This document shows positions 38,079 through 49,935 of a stretch of DNA of 64,000 nt, in pieces. The stretch covers positions 1-64,000 of the forward strand of contig NIVC01003692.1 of the NCBI GenBank assembly GCA_002269645.1. The letters are read 5' to 3'. Positions within the stretch are counted from its first letter, which is position 1, and every line of letters starts with the position of its first letter. The notes beneath the pieces are model-generated. The model saw only the letters and a program-made list of their open reading frames with translations, was not told the DNA's origin and ran no database searches. Position numbers and translations under genes: made by a program. This stretch comes from Macrostomum lignano. Lineage: Eukaryota.

Positions 38079-40468
38079 ATGTGGATATTTGGCTATGGGT
38101 CTCTGGTGTGGAAAGCAGATTTTCCATATGAAGAGAAGCTGTATGGCTATGTACTTGACTATGCCAGAAGATTCTGGCAGTCCAGTCCTGACCATAGAGG
38201 AACTCCTGATTTGGTAAGTTATTTGGATTTAGTATTTTCTGTTTCATTTTCATTTTCAGTTTGTATCTTCTGCACTGCTTTAATGATACCAATATATCCC
38301 TAATCTCTAACTAGGTATTCATATCTAGAGGATGGGATCTCTAATTAGGGATTTATTATACCTGGAGGATGGGATTTCGAATTAGGGATTAATACATTGG
38401 ATTATCGTGTCACTAATTAGCAAATTAATACCTTAGATTGTAGTGTCACTGATTAGGGATTAATACCTTGGATAATAGGATCACTGATTAGGGATTAATA
38501 CCTGGATGATTGGATCACTGATAAGGGGTTAATACCTGGATGATTGAATTACTGATTAGGGATTAATTAATACCTGGATGATGGGATCACTAATTAAGGG
38601 ATTAATACCTGGATGATGGGATCACTAATTAAGGGATTAATACCTGGATGATGGGATCACTAATTAAGGGATTAATACCTGGATAATAGGATCACTGATT
38701 AGGGATTAATACCTTGGATAATAGGATCACTGATTAGGGATTAATACCTGGATGATTGGATCACTGATAAGGGGTTAATACCTGGATGATTGAATTACTG
38801 ATTAGGGATTAATTAATACCTGGATGATGGGATCACTAATTAAGGGATTAATACCTGGATGATGGGATCACTAATTAAGGGATTAATACCTGGATGATGG
38901 GATCACTAATTAAGGGATTATTACCTGGATAATAGGATCACTGATTAGGGATTAATACCTTGGATTATAGGGTCACTAATTAGGGATTAATACCTTGGAT
39001 GATGGGACATCTAATTAGGGATTAATACTAGAATAAAAGAATCACTGATTAGGGATTAATACCTTGGATAATAGGATCACTGATTAGGGATTAATACCTG
39101 GATGATTGGATCACTGATAAGGGGTTAATACCTGGATGATTGAATTACTGATTAGGGATTAATTAATACCTGGATGATGGGATCACTAATTAAGGGATTA
39201 ATACCTGGATGATTGGATCACTAATTAAGGGATTAATACCTGGATGATGGGATCACTAATTAAGGGATTAATACCTGGATAATAGGATCACTGATTAGGG
39301 ATTAATACCTTGGATAATAGGATCACTGATTAGGGATTAATACCTGGATGATTGGATCACTGATAAGGGGTTAATACCTGGATGATTGAATTACTGATTA
39401 GGGATTAATTAATACCTGGATGATGGGATCACTAATTAAGGGATTAATACCTGGATGATGGGATCACTAATTAAGGGATTAATACCTGGATGATGGGATC
39501 ACTAATTAAGGGATTATTACCTGGATAATAGGATCACTGATTAGGGATTAATACCTTGATGATTGGATCACTAATTAAGGGATTAATACCTGGATGATTG
39601 GATCACTAATTAAGGGATTAATACCTGGATGATTGGATCACTAATTAAGGGATTGATACCTGGATGATTGGATCACTGATTAGGGATTAATACCTGGATG
39701 ATTGGATCACTAATTAAGGGATTAATACCTGGATGATTGGATCACTAATTAAGGGATTGATACCTGGATGATTGGATCACTGATTATGGATAATACCTGG
39801 ATGATTGGATCACTGATTAGGGATTAATACCTGGATAATAGGATCACTGATTAGGGATTAATACCTGGATGATCGGATCACTAATTAAGGCATTAATACC
39901 TGGATGATTGGATCACTGATTAGGAATTAATACCTGGATGGTTGGATCACTGATTAGGAATTAATACCTGGATGATTGGATCACTAATTAAGGGATGAAT
40001 ACCTGGAGTATTAAGAATATTAAGCGTGCCTATTTCACCTGGCAGCCGGGCCGCACAGTGACTCTGGTGCCGAGTCCGGGCGAGCGAGTCTGGGGTGCCG
40101 CCTACCGGCTGGCAGAGGACGAAGTGGCGCGGGTCCGCAGCCACCTGGACGAACGCGAGAAAGCCGGTTACGGAATGCTGCCAATTCAATTCTACCCTGC
40201 TGACCGGCCCGGCCAGCCGCTAGCCGCCAGTGTGTATGTTAATAGCGGCGAGCGGCACTATTTAGGGCCCCAGACTGTGCCAAGCATTGCTGAACGAGTT
40301 GCAATCGCTTCGGGAGCCAGCGGTCCCAATACAGATTATGTGCTGCGACTGGCTGCTGCTATGCGCGATATCGGCGCCCCAGATGCTCTGGACCCTCATC
40401 TGGCCGAGGTTGAGGCGGCTGTGCTGCTTCTGCTGGGCAAGCACAATGGCTCATCGGCAACACGTTGA
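38079..40468 (+). CDS. chac2: Glutathione-specific gamma-glutamylcyclotransferase (ChaC2-like), 185 aa. Exons 38079-38213, 40046-40468
   Basis: [33 protein letters not shown]|[28 protein letters not shown]. The intron is phase-0 GT-AG. Confidence 0.93.
38330..39995. repeat. ~35-bp minisatellite ggattaatacctggatgat(g/t)ggatcact(a/g)atta(a/g)g with higher-order blocks
   Basis: Fills nearly all of the ChaC intron. Confidence 0.96.
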
Positions 40469-40521
40469 ACTAAAATCAGAATGTTGCCTGTCCTTTTTAT
40501 AAGTCCTAAATTTACGGTCTG

Positions 40522-41222
40522 TGTTGTTTAGGGTCTGTGTAGTTTAGGGTCTGTGTAGTTTAGGGCCTGTGGAGTTTAGGGCCTGTGTAGTTTAGTGTCT
40601 GTGTAGTTTAGGGTCTGTGAAGTTTAGGGTCTGATGTTTAGGGTCTGTGAAGTTTAGGTTTGGTGAAGTTTAGGGTCTGTGATGTTTAGGGTCTGTGAAG
40701 TTTAGGGTTTGTGAAGTTTAGGGTCTGTGAAGTTTAGGGTCTGTGAAGTTTAGGGTCTGATGTTTAGGGTCTGTGACTTAAGTTTAGCGTCTGTGAAGTT
40801 AAGGGTCTGTGAAGTTTAGGGTCTGTGTAGTTTAGGGTCTGTGTAGTTTAGGGTTTGTGAAGTTTAGGGTCTGTGAAGTTTAGTGTCTGTGAAGTTTAGA
40901 GTTTGTGAGGTTTAGGGTTTGTGAAGTTTAGGGTCTGTGAAGTTTAGTGTGTGAAGTTTAGGGTCTGTGAAGTTAAGGGTCTGTGAAGTTTAGGGTCTGT
41001 GTAGTTTAGGGTCTGTGTAGTTTAGGGTTTGTGAAGTTTAGGGTCTGTGAAGTTTAGTGTCTGTGAAGTTTAGAGTTTGTGAGGTTTAGGGTTTGTGAAG
41101 TTTAGGGTCTGTGAAGTTTAGTGTGTGAAGTTTAGGGTCTGTGAAGTTTAGGGGCTGTGAAGTTTTGGGGCTGTGAAGTTTAGGGTTTGTGAAGTCTAGG
41201 GTTTGTGTAGTTTAGTGTCTAG
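40522..41222. repeat. 16-bp minisatellite tttagggtctgtgaag
   Basis: About 43 copies directly downstream of the ChaC stop. Most units contain TTAGGG. Confidence 0.95.
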
Positions 41223-41717
41223 GGATAAAAAACAATAGGCATTAACTATGCAAAAGTTATTTACGCGACACATCAGAGAATAGATTGCAGCCTTAGGCTT
41301 CGTAGAATCTTTCTACCTGTGCGATGATTATTGAGCAAATAGGTTTGCTATCTTTTCTCAATTAAATTTTTTTCTATTTCGTTTTGCTGGTTGCATCTGG
41401 TTTTTTTAGTTTTAACAGGACCTGATTGTTGTTTTTGCATTCATATGCAAGTATGTTGAATCAGAGGCAGCGCTTTCTAGTCGAACGTGCTTGTCTTCTA
41501 GTAGCAGAAATGTTTTTCCTGTATTTTCTATGCTTACGACGTCTTTCCTGGACAGAAGAGAGCTTCGTCTGTCCAAGCAGGGCCTGTTTTTCTCACAATC
41601 GGCTGGAAAGTTCAATAGTACAGAAATACACCATTTTTGAGTTGCTATGCATTATTAACTGAGCCTTTGCTGTTCCTCAGTTTGGATAATTTCGTATTCT
41701 ATTGCATTGTAGTAATT

Positions 41718-41932
41718 TCTATCTATCTATCTATCTATCTATCTATCCATCTATCTATCTATCCATCTATCTGTCTGTCTATCTATCTATCCATCTATCT
41801 GTCTGTCTATCTATCTATCCATCTATCTATCTGTCTATCTATCTATTAATCTATCCATCTATCTATCTATCTATCTACCTATCCATCTATCTATCTATCT
41901 ATCTATCTATCCATCTATCTATCTACCTATCC

Positions 41933-41963
<31 letters not shown>

Positions 41964-42032
41964 CATCTATCTATCTACCTATCCATCTATCTATCTATCT
42001 ATCTATCTATCCATCTATCTATCTACCTATCC

Positions 42033-42075
<43 letters not shown>

Positions 42076-42079
42076 CATC

Positions 42080-42135
<56 letters not shown>

Positions 42136-42169
42136 CATCTATCTATCTATTTATCTATCTATCTATCTG

Positions 42170-42204
<35 letters not shown>

Positions 42205-42205
42205 G

Positions 42206-42239
<34 letters not shown>

Positions 42240-42308
42240 CATCTATCTATCTACCTATCCATCTATCTATCTATCTATCTATCTATCCATCTATCTATCT
42301 ACCTATCC

Positions 42309-42355
<47 letters not shown>

Positions 42356-42389
42356 CATCTATCTATCTATTTATCTATCTATCTATCTG

Positions 42390-42420
<31 letters not shown>

Positions 42421-42460
42421 GTCTATCTATCTATCTGTCTATCTATCTATCTATCTATCG

Positions 42461-42498
<38 letters not shown>

Positions 42499-42548
42499 AT
42501 ATCTATCTATCTATCTATCCATCCATCTATCTATCTATCTATCCATCC

Positions 42549-42592
<44 letters not shown>

Positions 42593-42713
42593 GTCTATCT
42601 ATCTATCTATCTACCTATCCATCTATCTATCTATCTATCTATCCATCTATCTATCTACCTATCCATCTATCTATCTATCTATCTATCCATCTATCTATCT
42701 ATCTATCTATCTG

Positions 42714-42770
<57 letters not shown>

Positions 42771-42772
42771 AT
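41718..42772. repeat. Imperfect (TATC)n microsatellite
   Basis: About 1 kb with TCCA/TGTC variants. Confidence 0.98.
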
Positions 42773-42981
42773 ACGTCTCCAAGTATTATAAAACCAGATG
42801 GTTTGTTAAAAATTTGGTTTTTATTCATTTTTCGAGAGGTAAAAAATAAAGTTTCTATTTCAGCTCTGCCCATCAAGTGATTACACTGTCACATAGCTTA
42901 AACCATACAACACAAGCAGCATCCAGTCCCAATTGTTTTCAAGCATCGTCAAAGCAACGCTAAGCAATTAGATTTATTTAG

Positions 42982-45900
42982 ATGGCTAGCACCGGTCCGA
43001 ATGCTTCAAATTCAAAATCGCCCGCCAGCAACAAATCCAGAGATGTTGAAGAAGCGAACGACAGCTCTGTTGCTACTTTTAGTAGCGACTCGCGGCATCA
43101 GATTCGGTAAGCTCTGCGCTAAAGTGAAATTTGTCTGTTGGACAACTCTATACACTTGTGACTGAACATAAGCATAGTTGGGTGGCTAATGTGTGTATTT
43201 TGTTTTACTTGAGCTAGGAAAACAAACAGACCTATCGGCGCGTGGTTCTGGCGCTGTCGCCTTTATCTATTGCTTGTGCTTATGTTTCAATATTATGAGA
43301 AATATTTGTCACTATTTTAATAGATTGCCTTAACTGTTAATTGAGCTTCCTGTGTTGATAAGCTTTTCTAGCTAAACATATGAGTGTATCTGGCTAAGAA
43401 GGGTGACAACTTAGTCTGAAAATTTGGAAAACTGTCCAGCAGCAGCAACTGAAGATCTGAAAAGCTTGCCCAGCAACTGAGGATTTGGTAGGCTGACCCA
43501 GCAACTGAGGATCTGGGAGGCTGGTGGCCCAGCAACTGAGGATCTGGGAGGCTGGCCCAACAACTGAGGATCTGGGAGGCTGGCCCAGCAACTGAGGATT
43601 TGGTAGGCTGACCCAGCAACTGAGGATCTGGGAGGCTGGTGGCCCAGCAACTGAGGATCTGGGAGGCTGGCCCAGCAACTGAGTATCTGGGAGGCTGGTG
43701 GCCCAGCAACTCAGGATCTGGGAGGCTGGCCACAGAAACTGAGGATCTGGGAGGCTGGCCCAGTTACTGAGTATCTGGGAGGCTGGCCCAGCAACTGAGG
43801 ATCTGGGAGGCTGGCCCAGTTACTGAGGATCTGGGAGGCTGGCCCAGCAGCTACCAAAGCCTACCATATCTTGCTGACAGGTCCCAGCTGCCAGTGGAGA
43901 TGAAGCCGCGCACCGGTTTCAGCTTCTGGGAGTTCATGAAGAACTGCATAGGCAAGGAGCTCACTAGGATAGCCATGCCAATCAGCTTCAATGAGCCGCT
44001 GTCGTTTCTGCAGCGTGTCACCGAATATTTAGAGTACTCGAAGCTGCTGTTCCAAGCGGCGAGGTCAGATGATCCAGTTCAGAGGCTGGAGGTGAGTGAC
44101 GTCATCTCTCTATGCGAATATAATTTCAATGGTACACCCACATGCAATTCGCGCCCTCTTGTTAGAATGAATTAATCATTTTCAAGCTTCCGTAGGTACT
44201 ACAAAGTTTGATCTGAAAGCTGCATTGCTGTAGGTGTCCTAGAGGTTGTTTTCTATTGCTGGAAAGGGAGAAATAAGGTATTAACAGCCACTTGCATAAA
44301 TTCCAAATATGCTTTCCTAACTATCAAACTTCATCCATTGGTTTCTGCGCCAGTACATCGCGGCTCTCGTGGTTTCTGGGCCTCATCGAACTGGGACCGG
44401 TTGAGTAAACCGTTTAACCCGCTGCAGGCGAGACCTACGAGCTGGATCGGTAAGCGGTGCGCTTGCTGTTTGTGATTTGTAAGACATTTCCTCATGTTGG
44501 GGCTCGCCACTCCCACACGTCCGTTTCTTGGTCAGTAACTGAGGGACTGGGAAGCTGGTGGCTTAGCAACTGGGGATCTGGGAGGCTGGTGGCTTAGCAA
44601 CTGGGGATCTGGGAGGCTGGTGGCCCAGCAACTGGGGATCTCGGAGGCTGGTGGCTCAGCAACTGGGGATCTGGGAGGATAGTGGCCCAGCAACTGGGAT
44701 CTGGGAGGCTAGCCCAGCAACTGGGATCTGGGAGGCTAGCCCAGCAACTAGGGATCTGGGAGGCTAGTGGCTCAGCAACTGGGGATCTGAGAGGCTGGCC
44801 CAGCAACTGGGGATCTGAGAGGCTGGTGGCCCAGCAACTGGGGATCTGAGAGGCTGGTGGCCCAGCAACTGGGGATCTGAGAGGCTGGTGGCCCAGCAAC
44901 TGGGGATCTGAGAGGCTGGTGGCCCAGCAACTGAGGATCTGGGAGGCTGGTGGCCCAGCAACTGGGGATCTGGGAGGCTGTGGTGGCTCAGCAACTGGGG
45001 ATCTGGGAGGCTGGCCCAGCAACTGGGGATCTAGGAGGCTGGCCCAGCAACTGGGGATCTGGGAGGCTGGCCCAGCAACTGGGGATCTGGGAGGCTGGCC
45101 CAGCAACTGGGGATCTGGGAGGCTAGTGGCCCAGCAACTGGGGATCTGGGAGGCTGGCCCAGCAACTGGGGATCTGGGAGGCTAGTGGCCAGCAACTGGG
45201 GATCTGGGAGGCTGGCCCAGCAACTGGGGATCTGGGAGGCTAGTGGCTCAGCAACTGGGGATCTGGGAGGCTGGCCCAGCAACTGGGGATCTGGGAGGCT
45301 GGCCCAGCAACTGGGGATCTGGGAGGCTAGTGGCTCAGCAACTGGGGATCTGGGAGGCTAGTGGCTCAGCAACTGGGGATCTGGGAGGCTAGTGGCTCAG
45401 CAACTGGGGATCTGGGAGGCTGGCCCAGCAACTGGGGATCTGGGAGGCTGGCCCAGCAACTGAGGATTCCGGATCCTCAGCAACCATCAGTAGGCTTGGG
45501 TGGCTGTATATATGCTTAAAGGTTTAACCTTTAGCCACCGCAAACTCTCCAGCACTCGCGATCTCGGGTTCCGCGCAGTCTGCGAACAGGTGTCGCACCA
45601 TCCGCCAACTAGCGCCTACCACGCCGAAGCAGCCGACGGCAGCTGGCTGTTTCACGGCAGCGTGTCGCCCAAGCTGTCCTTCTGGGGTAAAACTGTCGAC
45701 GTGGCGCCTAAGGGCGTTGTTACCGTGGAATTGCCAAAGCGGGATGAAGTTTATACTTATCAGAATGTGCCGTGCAAGGTTCACAATATCTTGTTTGGAA
45801 AGCTTTGGGTTGAACATGTAAGTCTGACTTTCATGGTTTGAAAACAGTAGCAAGACCAAGACACTTCCCAGAGTTACGTCGCTCCAGAGTCGCTTCAAAG

Positions 45901-47100
45901 TCCTTTCAGGCGACGAGATGTCACAAACAAATCTGGGGCCGTAGAGTCGCATCTGAGACATGCTGGAGTCGCTGCAGAATCACCGAGTTGCGTCTGAAGC
46001 GCATCTGCGTCACTTTATGAATTATAATTGCATTTTGCATATATAACAACTCTATTTAGTCTACTTGAGTCAGTAGAAAGTTAAGCGCTAACACAGCGTC
46101 TCTTAGGCGACTCTTTTCGCGATTTTTAACGATTCTGCAACTCACGTGATGCGCTCGAGACTCAACAGTCGCCTCTTCGTCGCATTATGAGTCATTTGAA
46201 TCGTTAAAGGCAGTAGTATATGTTGCGCATTGATCAGATTATGTATAATCAATTGCGTTGTCTTCACAGTGCGGCGATGTGACCATCACAAACCACCGGA
46301 CCGGGCACCGGTGCGAGCTCCGCTGGCACCAGTCGTCCTGGTTCAGCTCCGATTATCACCGGATCACCGGCTACATCTACGACGGGAAGGGCCGGAAGCA
46401 GAAGGCGCTGTACGGCAAATGGGTCGATGCTTTCTATAGGTGCGCGGCATTTTAAACACTGCTTTTACTCCCAGGGATGTACGTTCGAAAATCGCCCCTA
46501 TCCCACCTCAAGAATCGCCCCTATCCCACCTCAAGAATCGCCCCTATCCCATCTCAAGAATCGCCCCTATCCCACCTCAAGAATCGCCCCTATCCCATCT
46601 CAAGAATCGCCCCTATCCCACCTCAAGAATCGCCCCTATCCCATCTCAAGAATCGCCCCTATCCCACCTCAAGAATCGCCCCTATCCCACCTCAAGAATC
46701 GCCCCTATCCCATCTCAAGAATCGCCCCTATCCCACCTCAAGAATCGCCCCTATCCCATCTCAAGAATCGCCCCACCCCAACCAAACGCAGCGTGCCCGC
46801 CGACGCGTGGGGCCAGTTCAAGCGTGGAGGCCATCGCCGACGACGCCAGGATTCCAAATCCGCCGACGATGACGACGATGATCAGCCGGTTTCGGCTTCA
46901 AGCGGCGGTCCCGACAACAACGGCAGCGGCGTCGACAAGAGCGGCCTGCGCAGCAGCCAGTCGGACCGGTCGCTTGGCTCCGCAGCCAGCCAGTCCGACT
47001 CCGTCAACTCCGCCGACGGCGCCGAGGACAACTTCTCGCCAAGCCGCGGTGCCGATACCGACATGCACCTGTCTGGCCAGGTGATGCCGCTGACAGTGTA

Positions 47101-47175
<75 letters not shown>

Positions 47176-47177
47176 GC

Positions 47178-47259
<82 letters not shown>

Positions 47260-47679
47260 CCATCCTGCAGCCTCCCAGTTAAGCCAGCAAGCTTCATTTT
47301 TTGCCAATCGCAGACCTGCCTGTGGCGCCAGCGGCCGCGGCCCGCAGACTGCGAGAAATACTACAATTTCACCGCCTTCGCCATGGCTTTAAACGACGAC
47401 ACGGATGCGGAGCTGCTGGCCCGACTGCCGCCAACTGACAGTCGCAGGCGACCGGACGTGCGCGCGTTGGAGAATGCGGACAGCGAGCTGGCGCAGTCGG
47501 AGAAGGCCCGGCTGGAGGAAAAGCAGCGGCAGGTGTTGAAACTGGCAGGCGGTCTGGAGGCCCGCCGGCTCTGGTTCAAGCAGTGGCGAAATCCGCACAG
47601 CGGAAGCAAAGAAGCCGATTGGCTGTTCTCTGGCGACTACTGGGCCCGGGACTGGACCCGCTGCGCCGATATTTTTTAA
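42982..47679 (+). CDS. Oxysterol-binding protein-related protein, ORD-only (ORP1S/ORP2-like, ~507 aa). Exons 42982-43106, 43881-44091, 44354-44449, 45553-45817, 46270-46439, 46792-47080, 47314-47679
   Basis: Motifs KNCIGKELTRIAMPISFNEPLSFLQR, KPFNPL.GETYE, EQVSHHPP, HNILFGKLWVE, LPPTDSRRRPDVRALE and KARLEEKQR. Exon 3 needs +2 nt (two G-run deletions) to keep the frame. Confidence 0.88.
43437..43850 (-). repeat. 28-bp minisatellite family array in OSBP intron 1
   Basis: Unit ggcccagcaactgaggatctgggaggct, the reverse complement of the 10088 unit. Confidence 0.95.
44535..45480 (-). repeat. 28/31-bp minisatellite family array in OSBP intron 3
   Basis: Same family, with +tgg variant units. Confidence 0.95.
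46487..46775. repeat. 23-bp minisatellite aagaatcgcccctatccca(c/t)ctc in OSBP intron 5
   Basis: About 12 copies, ending shortly before the acceptor at 46791. Confidence 0.95.
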
Positions 47680-47756
47680 TGGTTGATGCCCTATGGTTTG
47701 TTAACGGGCTAACTGTGTGGATGAGCAGTTTTTTCCTGAAACCCTGTAATTTAGTG

Positions 47757-49653
47757 GGGATAGCGACGTTTGCCTGCGGGACGTTTGCCAGCCGACGTTT
47801 GCCTGCGGGACGTTTGCCAGCCGACGTTTGCCAGCCGACATTTGCCAGCCGACATTTGCCAGCCGACATTTGCCAGCCGACGTTTGCCAGCGGGACGTTT
47901 GCCAGTCGGACGTTTGCCAGCCGACATTTGCCAGCCGACGTTTGCCTGCGGGACGTTTGCCAGCCGACGTTTGCCTGCGGGACGTTTGCCAGCCGACGTT
48001 TGCCAGCCGACGTTTGCCAGCCGACGTTTGCCAGTGGGACGTTTGCCAGCCGAAGTTTGCCTGCCGGACGTTTGCCAGCCGACGTTTGCCTGCGGACGTT
48101 TGCCTGCGGGACGTTTGCCAGCCGACGTTTGCCGGCCGACGTTTGCCAGCCGACGTTTGCCAGCGGGACGTTTGCCAGCCGAAGTTTGCCTGCCGGACGT
48201 TTGCCTGCCGGACGTTTGCCGGCCGACGTTTGCCAGCCGACGTTTGCCTGCCGGAAGTTTGCCAGCCAAAATTTGCTAGCCAATATAAAGCCAGTCAGTG
48301 AAAAATTTGATACTGAAACATTCGCAGTTTAGCGGTTTGACAAAAACCGTTTTTACTCCAACTTTTTGACGGTTATTCGCATGTATACAAGTTTGAAAGC
48401 AAAATATATAAATTATGCAGTTCATCAGTCTAACGTCTAATATCTAGTTTAACAACGATTTTGGCACAACATATCAAAAGATGAACATTGGGTTTGCCTG
48501 GTATGAAAGCAATAACAATTGTTGTGCTGAAAAGATGAAAACTTCCTATCTCCCTATGGCCTTCAAAACATTTTTCATAGATTTCGAGTGCTGCGTACTT
48601 CTACTTTAGTAGTCCTTGGCATGACTAAGCTTTGCATATGTAGTGTCTAGCGCTTGCTATTCTACTAGCTTGCTACTGGCGGTTTGTCTGGCTATTCAGC
48701 TATATAGCTTACTATAAAAACGTACCGCATTCGACTCGTCTACACATGTACGTTGAGATCGCGGTTTCCTGGCTTACTTGAGTAGTAATACAACAGCATT
48801 GGAATCAATTTGCTTACTTTTGGATCTCCCATGAACTGAGAAATATATGAGCCAGAATTACCGCTCAGCAGCTCTTTTTGTTTGCCTCATAACTTAATCG
48901 CTGGAGATTCCCGTTGTAATCTGCGCGTCTTCTTTCGCACATCAAAAATCAAACATCTCAAACTGGGAAAAACGATACACAATTGTCAAAAGTAAACAAT
49001 ATTTTCACATTCAAAGAAAATCGTTGTTAAACTGGATATTAGATGTAAATCTATATAAATTGCATAATATATAAATTGCATAATGCATAATTGCATAATT
49101 TATATAGATTTTGCATAAATTTCATAATTTATAGATTTTGCTTTCAAACTTGTATATATGCGAATGACCGTCAGAAAGTTGGAGTAAAAACGGTTTTTGT
49201 CAAACCGCTAAACTGCGAATGTTTCAGTATCAAATTTTTCACTGACTGGCTTTATATTGGCTAGCAAATTTTGGCTGGCAAACTTCCGGCAGGCAAACGT
49301 CGGCTGGCAAACGTCGGCTGGCAAACGTCCGGCAGGCAAACGTCGGCTGGCAAATGTCGGCTGGCAAACGTCCGACTGGCAAACGTCCCGCTGGCAAACG
49401 TCGGCTGGCAAATGTCGGCTGGCAAATGTCGGCTGGCAAATGTCGGCTGGCAAACGTCGGCTGGCAAACGTCGGCTGGCAAACGTCGGCTGGCAAACGTC
49501 CCGCAGGCAAACGTCCGGCAGGCAAACTTCGGCTGGCAAACGTCCCGCTGGCAAACGTCGGCTGGCAAACGTCGGCTGGCAAATTTCGGCTGGCAAACGT
49601 CCCGCAGGCAAACGTCGGCTGGCAAACGTCCCGCAGGCAAACGTCGTAGACCC
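47757..49653. mobile_element. Non-autonomous foldback (MULE/Mutator-like) element, 1897 bp, with ~700-bp inverted arms
   Basis: 9-bp TSD AATTTAGTG at 47748-47756 and 49654-49662. Termini are GGGATAGCGACGTTTGCC and GGCAAACGTCGTAGACCC. Each arm has 14/15-bp subrepeats (ggctggcaaacgtc) followed by unique inverted sequence (to ~48490, from ~49000). Confidence 0.88.
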
Positions 49654-49665
49654 AATTTAGTGGTA

Positions 49666-49935
49666 CTACTGATAGTAGTTAAATTTAACTAATAGCGGTC
49701 CTAGATTACGATTGGCATGACCGCTTGCGCCTACTGATAGTAGTTAAATTTAACTAATAGCGGTCCTAGATTACGATTGGCATGACCGCTTGCGCCTACT
49801 GATAGTAGTTAAATTTAACTAATAGCGGTCCTAGATTACGATTGGCATGACCGCTTGTGCCTACTGATAGTAGTTAAATTTAACTACCCGTAGTCATAGA
49901 TTACAATTCGCATGACCGCTTTTGCCTACTAATAG
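49666..49935. repeat. 65-bp tandem repeat, ~4 copies
   Basis: ctactgatagtagttaaatttaac.. starts at 49666, 49731, 49796 and 49861. Confidence 0.93.

Noticed and set aside
47576-49692. Many 110-250-aa ORFs in the foldback arms
   Set aside because: Translations of 14/15-bp subrepeats; no transposase motif.
49666-49935. CRISPR-like array (also other regular arrays)
   Set aside because: Units are head-to-tail with no unique spacers, the context is eukaryotic, and there are no cas genes.
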